A DNA stretch of 63,960 nt, filler included, from Octopus bimaculoides (taxonomy: Eukaryota): the NCBI RefSeq assembly GCF_001194135.2. It is 5 parts of 5 records of this genome, joined end to end, with 100 filler letters (N's around TTAATTAATTAA, not from the genome) between each part and the next. Parts side by side here need not be neighbours in the genome. Positions count along the whole stretch, not along the records: positions 13,100 to 43,303 come from NC_069000.1; positions 43,404 to 57,286 come from NC_068986.1; 3 more parts are not named here. The stretch is one strand, 5' to 3'. The translations under genes were made by a program, and so were the position numbers. The notes under the pieces are model-generated. The model searched no databases and was not told where the DNA came from. It saw nothing but the letters and a program-made list of their open reading frames with translations. This document shows, piece by piece, positions 40,104-49,214 of this stretch. Position 1 is the first letter of the stretch. Every line of letters begins with the position of its first letter.

Positions 40104-41698
40104 NNNNNNNNNNNNNNNNNNNNNNNNNNNNNNNNNNNNNNNNNNNNNNNNNNNNNNNNNNNNNNNNNNNNNNNNNNNNNNNNNNNNNNNNNNNNNNNNN
40201 NNNNNNNNNNNNNNNNNNNNNNNNNNNNNNNNNNNNNNNNNNNNNNNNNNNNNNNNNNNNNNNNNNNNNNNNNNNNNNNNNNNNNNNNNNNNNNNNNNNN
40301 NNNNNNNNNNNNNNNNNNNNNNNNNNNNNNNNNNNNNNNNNNNNNNNNNNNNNNNNNNNNNNNNNNNNNNNNNNNNNNNNNNNNNNNNNNNNNNNNNNNN
40401 NNNNNNNNNNNNNNNNNNNNNNNNNNNNNNNNNNNNNNNNNNNNNNNNNNNNNNNNNNNNNNNNNNNNNNNNNNNNNNNNNNNNNNNNNNNNNNNNNNNN
40501 NNNNNNNNNNNNNNNNNNNNNNNNNNNNNNNNNNNNNNNNNNNNNNNNNNNNNNNNNNNNNNNNNNNNNNNNNNNNNNNNNNNNNNNNNNNNNNNNNNNN
40601 NNNNNNNNNNNNNNNNNNNNNNNNNNNNNNNNNNNNNNNNNNNNNNNNNNNNNNNNNNNNNNNNNNNNNNNNNNNNNNNNNNNNNNNNNNNNNNNNNNNN
40701 NNNNNNNNNNNNNNNNNNNNNNNNNNNNNNNNNNNNNNNNNNNNNNNNNNNNNNNNNNNNNNNNNNNNNNNNNNNNNNNNNNNNNNNNNNNNNNNNNNNN
40801 NNNNNNNNNNNNNNNNNNNNNNNNNNNNNNNNNNNNNNNNNNNNNNNNNNNNNNNNNNNNNNNNNNNNNNNNNNNNNNNNNNNNNNNNNNNNNNNNNNNN
40901 NNNNNNNNNNNNNNNNATATATATATGATTATATATATACGATAAGTGTCAGACTGACCTCAGCACAAGTTGCCAATAAATCTACGAGTGAAATGAAGTA
41001 AGTCCGATGTCCTTTTTCAGTTTTGTTGGTCAATATTCTTTCTCTGAAATAGAAATAGAAGAGATATAATAAAGTCTAATGAGAAGATGAGAGAGAAATA
41101 GGTGTCTAAATACAAATGTTTATTATGAACATACCTCACTTCTCTGTCTTGATCGAGAACATAAGCGGCCTTCTTAAAGTTCTGCATGATATATTTCATG
41201 ACCAAGGTTTGGTTGTGTTTCAAGGTCACGTCCAGTCCTTCCACTTTGACCAAAGCTCGCAAAAGGTCAAGGAATTCGGGTGCATTCTCTTGGTTCTCAG
41301 AAGCGAGGATAACTATTTTCTGAATTTGCCTTGAGTTGATTTTCAGGCATGTAAGCTGGTTGCCTACGAATACCTTGGAAGATAAAATTTAGATGATATA
41401 AGTATATGTTTGTGTATGTGTGTGTGTTTGTGTATTGTCATTTTATCCCCTTTTATTTCTCTCTCTCTATCACTCTCTCTCCCTTCCTCTGCACACAGGC
41501 AAAAGCAAAGATATGCTATTTCTGTTTTTAATATCAAAATTCTTTTTGTAATATACACATACGTACACACACTCGCAGTTATAATAGAGGTGTACATGAA
41601 CGCATCTGTGTCTATGTCTATAAGTACCTCAATTTCTCTTTCTAAATTTCTCTTTTTCTTACTCTCTCACACTCTCACGATTTATTTGCCAGCATGTG

Positions 41699-41732
<34 letters not shown>

Positions 41733-42946
41733 ATCTATCTATCGTTTGTGTGTATATATATATATATATATANNNNNNNNNNNNNNNNNNNNNNNNNNNN
41801 NNNNNNNNNNNNNNNNNNNNNNNNNNNNNNNNNNNNNNNNNNNNNNNNNNNNNNNNNNNNNNNNNNNNNNNNNNNNNNNNNNNNNNNNNNNNNNNNNNNN
41901 NNNNNNNNNNNNNNNNNNNNNNNNNNNNNNNNNNNNNNNNNNNNNNNNNNNNNNNNNNNNNNNNNNNNNNNNNNNNNNNNNNNNNNNNNNNNNNNNNNNN
42001 NNNNNNNNNNNNNNNNNNNNNNNNNNNNNNNNNNNNNNNNNNNNNNNNNNNNNNNNNNNNNNNNNNNNNNNNNNNNNNNNNNNNNNNNNNNNNNNNNNNN
42101 NNNNNNNNNNNNNNNNNNNNNNNNNNNNNNNNNNNNNNNNNNNNNNNNNNNNNNNNNNNNNNNNNNNNNNNNNNNNNNNNNNNNNNNNNNNNNNNNNNNN
42201 NNNNNNNNNNNNNNNNNNNNNNNNNNNNNNNNNNNNNNNNNNNNNNNNNNNNNNNNNNNNNNNNNNNNNNNNNNNNNNNNNNNNNNNNNNNNNNNNNNNN
42301 NNNNNNNNNNNNNNNNNNNNNNNNNNNNNNNNNNNNNNNNNNNNNNNNNNNNNNNNNNNNNNNNNNNNNNNNNNNNNNNNNNNNNNNNNNNNNNNNNNNN
42401 NNNNNNNNNNNNNNNNNNNNNNNNNNNNNNNNNNNNNNNNNNNNNNNNNNNNNNNNNNNNNNNNNNNNNNNNNNNNNNNNNNNNNNNNNNNNNNNNNNNN
42501 NNNNNNNNNNNNNNNNNNNNNNNNNNNNNNNNNNNNNNNNNNNNNNNNNNNNNNNNNNNNNNNNNNNNNNNNNNNNNNNNNNNNNNNNNNNNNNNNNNNN
42601 NNNNNNNNNNNNNNNNNNNNNNNNNNNNNNNNNNNNNNNNNNNNNNNNNNNNNNNNNNNNNNNNNNNNNNNNNNNNNNNNNNNNNNNNNNNNNNNNNNNN
42701 NNNNNNNNNNNNNNNNNNNNNNNNNNNNNNNNNNNNNNNNNNNNNNNNNATATATATATATATAGTGAGAATTCTTCGTCTTACCTCCCTCAAGGCAATG
42801 GCCAGCTGTGATTCGACCACTTTTACCTCAAGAAGTGTGTCAAGTTTCTCAAACATTTCGCTTTGGACTTGGTTGTTTTCTTTGATTAATAACTTCAATA
42901 GATACAACGTCTTCTCCAGAATGGTCTTCATCCCTCTGTACTGATC
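16466..42946 (-). CDS. ITPR-like: Partial multi-exon gene: divergent IP3 receptor-like / RIH-domain Ca2+ release channel (15 exons seen; N- and C-terminal exons not found in window)
   Basis: Manually spliced exons with GT-AG ends and matching phases. The first three exons give 162 codons and the last twelve give 1+480x3 nt with no stop. The peptide parallels IP3R motifs from memory: VFVGNQ..FLDLLRALVKVEG..KHNQ..VMKY (second RIH domain), YFISLVDLLATCAE, LDIKCLQLLRAIV, IQNAINSHNA, NRNVQKSLYDYF, EEVFFMAVRYRMQ. Confidence 0.92.
16617..17700 (-). repeat. Degenerate 160-220-bp tandem array containing copies of the exon acceptor
   Basis: Motif (g)ctttattaagggcattct recurs at about 16645, 16855, 17075, 17250, 17410 and 17610. 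Confidence 0.75.
19998..20097 (-). CDS. ITPR-like: ITPR-like exon (RYLMLQKKTRYGEQQNQASNQVSFLSIGRKALQ)
   Basis: Acceptor caccatttctctag|, donor CAG|gtgggt; 100 nt; phase matches upstream exon (ca+c = His). Confidence 0.78.
20150..20329. mobile_element. Mariner-type MITE
   Basis: Inverted termini gctgaaaagttcctg (20165-20179) / caggaacttttcagc (20304-20318). Confidence 0.8.
20690..21000 (+). mobile_element. Tc1/mariner transposase C-terminal remnant
   Basis: Degenerate NSPDLNVMDHYFW motif (SPDLNPxD/E-type). Confidence 0.6.
23041..23310 (+). mobile_element. SINE family 3 (tRNA-like head gtggcttagtggttagggtgttggactc); second copy ~50123-50345
   Basis: A/B-box-like head and shared gtgttcttgagcaaaacacttcatttcac core. 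Confidence 0.82.
23311..23500 (+). mobile_element. 3' fragment of an RLE-type non-LTR retrotransposon (HERO/CRE-like)
   Basis: VETFSALG followed by (frameshifted) EPHVSEWLCQCISLAIIRGNAFSIL, resembling the QRxSxAxxRGNA end of RLE domains. Confidence 0.6.
23850..24740. repeat. ~20-bp minisatellite (tgactgaccgttaaaa-like) interrupted by two SINEs
   Basis: About 18 degenerate units at 23850-24210; units resume at 24690-24740. Confidence 0.8.
24866..24963 (-). CDS. ITPR-like: ITPR-like exon (KSLYDYFLSTREEVFFMAVRYRMQVSTNSIKE)
   Basis: Acceptor tattttttcttag|, donor CA|gtaagt; 98 nt; parallels IP3R SEKFFKVFYDRMK. Confidence 0.92.
25085..25120 (-). ncRNA. Minimal hammerhead ribozyme-like motif, core variant CCGAUGA, GUA site
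   Basis: Reverse complement reads cuuu-CCGAUGA-a-gagc guag gcuc-GAA-ACGU-A-aaag; same repeat family as 1-200 and 31440-31600. Confidence 0.65.
25680..25880. repeat. Foldback/MITE hairpin
   Basis: atggtttcacat..aaagcaca..cttatagac..ctcgtcgg vs ccgacgag..gtctataag..tgtgcttt..atgtgaaaccat. Confidence 0.8.
26368..26524 (-). CDS. ITPR-like: ITPR-like exon (QTDCIREIQNAINSHNAIITSLPHLARKSEAIIREVLSFIVIMLFNANRNVQ)
   Basis: Acceptor ttcttcttcctattcag|, donor CAA|gtaagt; 157 nt. Confidence 0.92.
26734..26892 (-). CDS. ITPR-like: ITPR-like exon (ISIKAHTSSRSKCAANEDLDIKCLQLLRAIVMNDERKLPEDWETRSSTPKIK)
   Basis: Acceptor cattaaacag|, donor AA|gtaagc; 159 nt; LDIKCLQLLRAIV parallels IP3R LCIKVLQTLREM. Confidence 0.9.
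27942..28080 (-). CDS. ITPR-like: ITPR-like exon (YTSIGGDEELPLGDEFQSFVRCFVAQNEKKPTKKYAPAKKLVDLL)
   Basis: Acceptor catgtttttgttgcag|, donor GC|gtaagt; 139 nt. Confidence 0.9.
28144..28530 (+). mobile_element. SINE family 2 (ggcggcgagctggcagaaacgttagcacgccgggcg...). Other copies: ~8950-9130 -, 9700-9900 +, 10950-11150 -, 21275-21490 -, 21500-21710 -, 24240-24430 -, 24475-24690 +, 30255-30405 -, 51765-52080 +, 57860-58080 -
   Basis: Recurrent gttctgagttcaaattccgccgaggtcgactttgcctttcatcctttcggggtcgataaa consensus. Confidence 0.88.
29142..29274 (-). CDS. ITPR-like: ITPR-like exon (GNMEYYAAEIELNAKFHTFARNCKIVYCGHNTVAAQLKCKNIKN)
   Basis: Acceptor tttcgtatactttaag|, donor G|gtaagt; 133 nt; joins next exon (g+aa = Glu). 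Confidence 0.88.
29882..30248 (+). mobile_element. Non-autonomous Helentron-type element (HINE/DINE-1-like)
   Basis: Subterminal inverted repeats acctccgcc (29906-29914) / ggcggaggt (30237-30245) with (ACAA)n tract near the 3' end. Confidence 0.6.
30465..30536 (-). CDS. ITPR-like: ITPR-like exon (MLIGILEKFSSEISFEDDQIAVRR)
   Basis: Acceptor tattattatttcag|, donor CGT|gtaagg; 72 nt, phase 0-0; fills the gap between the neighbouring exons. Confidence 0.8.
30673..30882. mobile_element. hAT-like MITE
   Basis: Termini cagtgctccgcaacc / ggttgcggagcgct. Confidence 0.7.
31204..31308 (-). CDS. ITPR-like: ITPR-like exon (TFCELISPMLVKPFHMKNVVSALTSVVSTSSVSKT)
   Basis: Acceptor tactctttgtttcaag|, donor ACT|gtgagt; 105 nt, phase 0-0. 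Confidence 0.85.
31522..31557 (-). ncRNA. Minimal hammerhead ribozyme-like motif, core variant CUGUUGA, GUU site
   Basis: Reverse complement reads cuuu-CUGUUGA-a-gagc guag gcuc-GAA-ACGU-U-aaag. Confidence 0.6.
31997..32833 (-). mobile_element. Mariner (Mos1-like) transposase remnant running into an N gap
   Basis: ORF 32241-32639: KVMLSIW..GVVYF.LLP..TINSD.Y, NARP, HPPYNPDLAPSNYHLF; TIR-like attgggttgacaagaaagtaatttcgg at the left end. Confidence 0.9.
34089..34175 (-). CDS. ITPR-like: ITPR-like exon (VFYMLYYMPDKTLFSSEITITENLAKGLV)
   Basis: Acceptor tttgtttcttttaag|, donor GTG|gtaagt; 87 nt, phase 0-0. Confidence 0.85.
34770..35056. repeat. Foldback palindrome, ~135-bp arms with 14-nt loop
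   Basis: caattgcagcgtggaagg...cactgacaaaattc / gaattttgtcagtg...ccttccacgctgcaattg. Confidence 0.9.
35720..35804 (-). CDS. ITPR-like: ITPR-like exon (AIADSSDTRGMVHGNLYYVLEGVLPFLH)
   Basis: Acceptor cttgtctccctttgcag|, donor CAT|gtaagt; 85 nt. Confidence 0.87.
36773..36886 (-). CDS. ITPR-like: ITPR-like exon (KIWDFLSTTVQTVNELFESVTRYRERTTSLLKTYPDK)
   Basis: Acceptor ttatcttttctgacag|, weak donor AG|gttact; 114 nt; phase joins the next exon (ag+t = Ser). Confidence 0.82.
37900..38395. repeat. Compound (GAT/GGT)n trinucleotide tract; similar tracts at 19540-19900 and 21720-21850
   Basis: Directly visible; source of the poly-M/D/H ORFs in the track. Confidence 0.95.
39739..39993. repeat. Foldback palindrome, ~125-bp arms with 1-nt centre
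   Basis: ...ccttgtcaatggatgttga c tcaacatccattgacaagg...; ctaacacactcaccggttc / gaaccggtgagtgtgttag. Confidence 0.9.
40959..41043 (-). CDS. ITPR-like: ITPR-like exon (ERILTNKTEKGHRTYFISLVDLLATCAE)
   Basis: Acceptor ttctatttctatttcag|, donor GAG|gtcagt; 85 nt; phase matches previous exon across a 91-nt intron; LVDLLATCAE resembles IP3R LVELLAVCTE. Confidence 0.92.
41135..41373 (-). CDS. ITPR-like: ITPR-like exon (VFVGNQLTCLKINSRQIQKIV...ALVKVEGLDVTLKHNQTLVMKYIMQNFKKAAYVLDQDREVR)
   Basis: Acceptor ttttatcttccaag|, donor AG|gtatgt; 239 nt; RIH-domain-like motifs. Confidence 0.93.
42785..42946 (-). CDS. ITPR-like: ITPR-like exon (DQYRGMKTILEKTLYLLKLLIKENNQVQSEMFEKLDTLLEVKVVESQLAIALRE)
   Basis: Acceptor ttgtttttcactag|, donor GAG|gtaaga; 162 nt, phase 0-0. 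Confidence 0.9.
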
Positions 42947-43507
42947 CTAGTGAAAAACAAGTTATATGTATATACATATTTGTGTGTGTGTGTGTGTGTT
43001 TATGTGTACACACTCTCTCTCATACACACACACACGTTTATATATATATATAGTTTAGAAAAAAGATTAGGGATGTATACAAATTCAATTTTTATATGTA
43101 AAAGAGGGAGGTGAAAATAGCACAGAAGTAATCTAAGATATTTCAATTTAGAAAGTATTTGAGAAAATGATTTAAAAAATTATACAAAGAAAATATTACT
43201 AGCTTCGATGATGAATCTCATCTTATCAGATATCAGTAAAAATTTATAAAAATTTGAAGTAAAAACAGTTTATTTCTGTGTGGGGGGTCAATATATATAT
43301 ATANNNNNNNNNNNNNNNNNNNNNNNNNNNNNNNNNNNNNNNNNNNNTTAATTAATTAANNNNNNNNNNNNNNNNNNNNNNNNNNNNNNNNNNNNNNNNN
43401 NNNAATGTAAATGGGACCCCCACACCCAACCAATCGAGGTGTGTGTATCTATATAAAATCAGTATCCTCATAAAATCAGTATGAAGAATGTGCTTTTACG
43501 AGGATAC

Positions 43508-43599
43508 CTTTCCTGATGAAGGGGACGTTGTCCACATGATTTGTAAAATTTATTACTTTTTCTTCCAGGACATGAACTCTAGAAACGGCCGTTGAAAGT
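43508..43599 (+). ncRNA. Type I hammerhead ribozyme-like motif with intact core and long stem II
   Basis: cuuuc-CUGAUGA-(agggga..ugucc...ggaca..cucu)-GAA-ACGGCCGU-U-gaaag: stem I cuuuc/gaaag, 8-nt palindromic stem III. Confidence 0.7.
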
Positions 43600-44987
43600 G
43601 AACTGTATTATATACCTTATAAACCACATATATTAAAAAAAAAACACACGGAACTCTATGGATCTTTTAATCGAAACTCTTAACCGCTCTTAATTTCAGT
43701 ACAAAAAGATTTTTTAGTCCTCTTTATCAGTCCTCTTTTTCTCTCACTTCCTTTCATACGTATCCCACATGGACTTTATTTACATGTATTTTTATGTATA
43801 TTTATATATATATATTCATATTCTATGAATATTTCTTAAAATATTCATGTGTCGATATGTATCAATATATGGATACGCATTTTAAGTCGAATTTATAAAT
43901 GAGTATGATTGCTTAATTTAAGTTTATATCTTAATTCTTACCATACACACACACACATATACATGTATACACATACATATACACATACATATACACACAT
44001 ATGTATTTATACACATCCATACACTTATATATACATATTTACATATACAGACATACGCTCATACATATACATGTGCGTGTGCATATACACATATTCATAA
44101 ACATATGCTTACATACACATACTCATTAATTTCATTTACCAGGTATTAAATATATATACGTGTGTGTGTGTGTGTGTGTGTGTTGTATATGTTTTATACT
44201 CTTTATTTATATCTTTTAAATGAATATTTTTATTCTTTTTACTCACTATACATTTATCTTATTGTGATTTTCTTCATTTATTTCTATTTTTACTTTATTT
44301 AATACTATATCATTTAAAAAAATTTACTTTGTTCATCATTATATTCTGATCAATCCGTTAACCCTTCACCCGCATATGATAATATCAAAATAACAAATCA
44401 TCATATTTAGTCTGGTGGTATGAATTGATAGGTCCCTATGCCTTACGGTATATCTTTTTCTTTGATGAAATTTTACTCATAGCATATTAATGCAAATCTA
44501 ATGCACAAATTTATAATTTAATTATTGAGTATTAATGGAAACAGCTGTAAGAAGTAAAGATTGCCAATTTGTAAAAAATAAATAATTATTAACTTTCAAC
44601 TCTTTCTTTTCTTTTCTTCATGTAACTGGATNNNNNNNNNNNNNNNNNNNNNNNNNNNNNNNNNNNNNNNNNNNNNNNNNNNNNNNNNNNNNNNNNNNNN
44701 NNNNNNNNNNNNNNNNNNNNNNNNNNNNNNNNNNNNNNNNNNNNNNNNNNNNNNNNNNNNNNNNNNNNNNNNNNNNNNNNNNNNNNNNNNNNNNNNNNNN
44801 NNNNNNNNNNNNNNNNNNNNNNNNNNNNNNNNNNNNNNNNNNNNNNNNNNNNNNNNNNNNNNNNNNNNNNNNNNNNNNNNNNNNNNNNNNNNNNNNNNNN
44901 NNNNNNNNNNNNNNNNNNNNNNNNNNNNNNNNNNNNNNNNNNNNNNNNNNNNNNNNNNNNNNNNNNNNNNNNTATATATATATATAT

Positions 44988-46460
44988 ATGAGGTCTGATC
45001 AATAAGTATCCGGACTGTAGCCATAGTAACGAACCTAAAGTACGCAGAGTGAAGCCGCTTGACACAGATTGACCTTGAACTCTGCTGTGCATGCGCACAA
45101 AGTTTTAACCTTTTTGCTCACTTCTGCTGTTTACACCAGTGCATATAAGGAAGGTGTGTAATGGGTGATCATTGTATTGACTATCAAAGAGAAAGTTGTC
45201 ATGGGGATACCTGCTCAGAGGCCTACGTAAAGTAGCAGAAAGAGTATGGAGAGGAGTGTATGAGCTGCAGACAAATGTACGAGTGGTTCAGACGCTTCCA
45301 AGATGACCGAAAAATGTCGGTATTGATGAATACTCTGGGAGGCCTGCAACCAACAGAACTGAGAAAACATCACAGATGTGTGTGCAGCTGCGAGGGGAAA
45401 TCGTCGAATCACCATCCGGAATTTTTCAGAGGACGTGTAGATTAGTTATGGTTCAGTTCAGTTCATTATCACTGAAGATTTGGGTATGAGACGCGTGTAA
45501 GCAACGTTTGTACCAAAATAGATTTCCGCTGACCAAAAAGACACTCGGGTTTCAGTTGCACAAGAGCTTCATGATTGTGTCGAGAACAATGAAAACGTTT
45601 TGAAAACTTTGCGTAGGCCTCTGAGGAGGTATCGCCAAACTTTTGGCAAAATTTGATGTAGATTCTCTGCTCAACTCTCTCTGTCATGGTCAATGCGAAG
45701 ATCACACGCTACACACGTTCCATCGACGCACTGTTGTAAACAGCGGAATTCAGCTAGAACGTTAAAACTTAGTGTGCATGTACAGCAGAGATTAAGGTCA
45801 ATCTGTGCTGAGTGGCTTTACACTGAATGTTTTAGCCTCGTTACTATGGTAACAATCCCGTCTTTTTTTTTCTTCACTACTTCCACATCTGCAAATTCTG
45901 TAGCACCAGCTTCCGTCACCAGTGATGACCTTCCAAAAAACATCTAGTTCAACTCCCAGCTGTTCTTTCAGTTCACGATACACATTCAATCCTGACTGTT
46001 TTTGATGTTCCGTGAGCAAGCGGGGCACAAATTTTGTTGCAACTCTTTTCTCGCTCAAAATTTGTTGGTAGAATCTCTACGACATACCACTTCATAAATC
46101 GTTCGGCAACAGTCCTCCAAGATCTGTTCATGAATTTTCATGATGTTTTCATTCGCTGGGGAGGTCGACGGTCGCCCTGAACGAGGTAGGTCCTCAAGCG
46201 ACAAGTAACCACTCTTAAAGCGTGTAAACTTGTGTTTTGCTCATGGCAGCATCCTTGTAAGTTGTCTGAAGCACGATAATTGTTTCGGTCACTGTTTTCT
46301 TCACCAGAATTCCATGGAAGCACGCTATTCCTTCGTTTCAGTCATCGAAAAGATCGACGAACAGGGGAGAAGGACTGTAAAACAAAGACACGCCACATGG
46401 CAGTATGACCCCAGCAGATGACGCCGGTCGGTAGACTATTGCTTGTGGGTAGCATCAAGT
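44988..46460. mobile_element. Composite of mariner remnants, including an inverted pair of the same 5' end (~45000-45240 vs ~45620-45860)
   Basis: TIR-like atgaggtctgatcaataagtatccggactg; translations EQRIYIKFCQKFG, KFVPRLLTEHQK, KVITGDGSWCY. Confidence 0.85.
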
Positions 46461-46552
46461 GGCTTCTAGCGGCAGAAGCCTGAACTACCACGGGCTTATC
46501 TCAGAGAGAATGTTTGCGATTACTTTTGGGTACCCCTTCGTATACACACACA

Positions 46553-46628
<76 letters not shown>

Positions 46629-47217
46629 TGTGTATGTATGAATGGATGGATGGATGGATGGATGGATGGATGGATGGATCGATGGATCACTAGTGCATGG
46701 CCCTTTGTTTTCTATCCAGAATAAGTAATACTTTGTTTCATTGAAATATGGTTATATATTCAAGAAAGTATTACGTAAAAGAATGCGTATTAGGATTAAA
46801 CAGTTTTTGTTTCTGTCTGGAATATCATATAGAGCAAACTATTGACATGAAATTTTGATAATCAATGGTTGTTTATTTTTTTTTACTTGTTTTATTCATT
46901 TGACTGCGGCCATGCTGGGGCACAGCTTTCAAGTTTTTGCCGAATGAATCAATCTCAAGATTTCTTTGATTTTTTAAAGTCTAGTATTTATTCTATCGTT
47001 CTATGCCGAACCGTTATGTCACGGGGACATAAACACACCAACATCCGTTGTCAAGCAGTTGTGGGTGGGTAGGGGGCAAACACATACATAAAGACACTCA
47101 TACACCCACGCACAATCACACACACATGTATATGTATTAATATTTCGCTTAGGCATAGCGCCACTAATAAACTGGTGTAGAAAGCACAATGCTAGATGTG
47201 TTTAGACAGAATAGTAA

Positions 47218-47484
47218 AAGGAACAAAGAGATGATACCGGAAAAATCAAAGGTTATATAATGAACATCATTAGTCTACTCAGATCTTTCGATAGTCTTCG
47301 ATAGGCGAATGAAAATGCAATTTTCTCAAATAAAGTGCAATTCATATTCAAGGATCTAATGAAGTTACAGGATGTTATTCAAGTACTCAACTAAAAGGCC
47401 TCCATATCTTATAGCGGAAACAGCTGTAAGCTGCTGCAGTTCATTACACAACCTTTGTTTTCCGGTGTCATCTCTTTGCTCCTA
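47218..47484. mobile_element. MITE with ~45-bp TIRs
   Basis: gaacaaagagatgataccggaaaaatcaaaggttatataatgaac vs gttcattacacaacctttgttttccggtgtcatctctttgctcc. Confidence 0.75.
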
Positions 47485-47490
47485 TACATA

Positions 47491-47535
<45 letters not shown>

Positions 47536-47560
47536 GTATATATATTGATAAGTATATATA

Positions 47561-49214
47561 CTTATCATGTAGTACTATATTCTTTTACTTGTTTCAGTTA
47601 TTTGACTGCGGTCGAGCAAATCGACCCCAGAGCTTATTCTTTGAAANNNNNNNNNNNNNNNNNNNNNNNNNNNNNNNNNNNNNNNNNNNNNNNNNNNNNN
47701 NNNNNNNNNNNNNNNNNNNNNNNNNNNNNNNNNNNNNNNNNNNNNNNNNNNNNNNNNNNNNNNNNNNNNNNNNNNNNNNNNNNNNNNNNNNNNNNNNNNN
47801 NNNNNNNNNNNNNNNNNNNNNNNNNNNNNNNNNNNNNNNNNNNNNNNNNNNNNNNNNNNNNNNNNNNNNNNNNNNNNNNNNNNNNNNNNNNNNNNNNNNN
47901 NNNNNNNNNNNNNNNNNNNNNNNNNNNNNNNNNNNNNNNNNNNNNNNNNNNNNNNNNNNNNNNNNNNNNNNNNNNNNNNNNNNNNNNNNNNNNNNNNNNN
48001 NNNNNNNNNNNNNNNNNNNNNNNNNNNNNNNNNNNNNNNNNNNNNNNNNNNNNNNNNNNNNNNNNNNNNNNNNNNNNNNNNNNNNNNNNNNNNNNNNNNN
48101 NNNNNNNNNNNNNNNNNNNNNNNNNNNNNNNNNNNNNNNNNNNNNNNNNNNNNNNNNNNNNNNNNNNNNNNNNNNNNNNNNNNNNNNNNNNNNNNNNNNN
48201 NNNNNNNNNNNNNNNNNNNNNNNNNNNNNNNNNNNNNNNNNNNNNNNNNNNNNNNNNNNNNNNNNNNNNNNNNNNNNNNNNNNNNNNNNTTTGAGTATAT
48301 AGCAAACTTATACCACAATAGAGGGAGGAAAAGAAAAGAAAAGTATTTTATATAAGCCTTTATGTAAATAACCCTTTTAAACAAGTACTACCAAGAAACT
48401 ATAAATTACATGTAAGGAGTAAGAGTAATAACTTCTTTAACTCTTAAACCTATAAAATAATCCCTCAATTTATATACGGAAAGATTAGTGTAAAATTTTG
48501 AATGTTCCATAACTTAAATATTCTTTTAACTGATACTAGACATTAGTATTTTATTGATATTAGCTATATAAGTTAGATTGAAAATTTTTAGTCCAATATA
48601 TTTTAAATCATTATACTTTTTCTATATAAATCTTCTCTATTGGTGTTATTAAGCTAAATATTCTTTACCATAGCATTGGTAATTTAGCTATTTAATTTCT
48701 ATGGTATTTTGCCCTAATTGATTATTTTATTTCATTTCTTTATTAATTAATAATTAGCTTTTATTTACTCATAAATAAATTAAGCAAACCTTTGTATCTC
48801 TATTAATTCATACTTAGCATATATAAAACTATACTGATATATTTACTGCATATATATAAAAAAACTCCTTAGAATATAATTTTATAAATATATAATTAGA
48901 ATGTTCTTTTAACTCAATACTCCTTCATTAATATCAGTATATACCTATTAATCAATATTCATAGACACCATATGATGAGTTAGTTTTTTTAAGTGTGCAG
49001 TATATATAAATATTAAACTATTTCATAATAATTTTCTTTTCTTTTCCTTCCTCTATTGTGGTATAAGATTGGTATATACTCAAAAGTATCCATAAATTTC
49101 TATCCTTTTGTTAATATATTCTTATTGATAACCCTATGAATAGCCATAAACTTTGTTTGTATACAGTATAGCAAGATTTTAAAAAAACTTTTAACTATAG
49201 TACTACATGATAAG
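47561..49214. mobile_element. AT-rich element with long TIRs; left TIR interrupted by a SINE and an N gap
   Basis: cttatcatgtagtactata (47561-47579) is the reverse complement of 49196-49214; 48291-48345 is the reverse complement of ~49030-49083. Confidence 0.7.
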
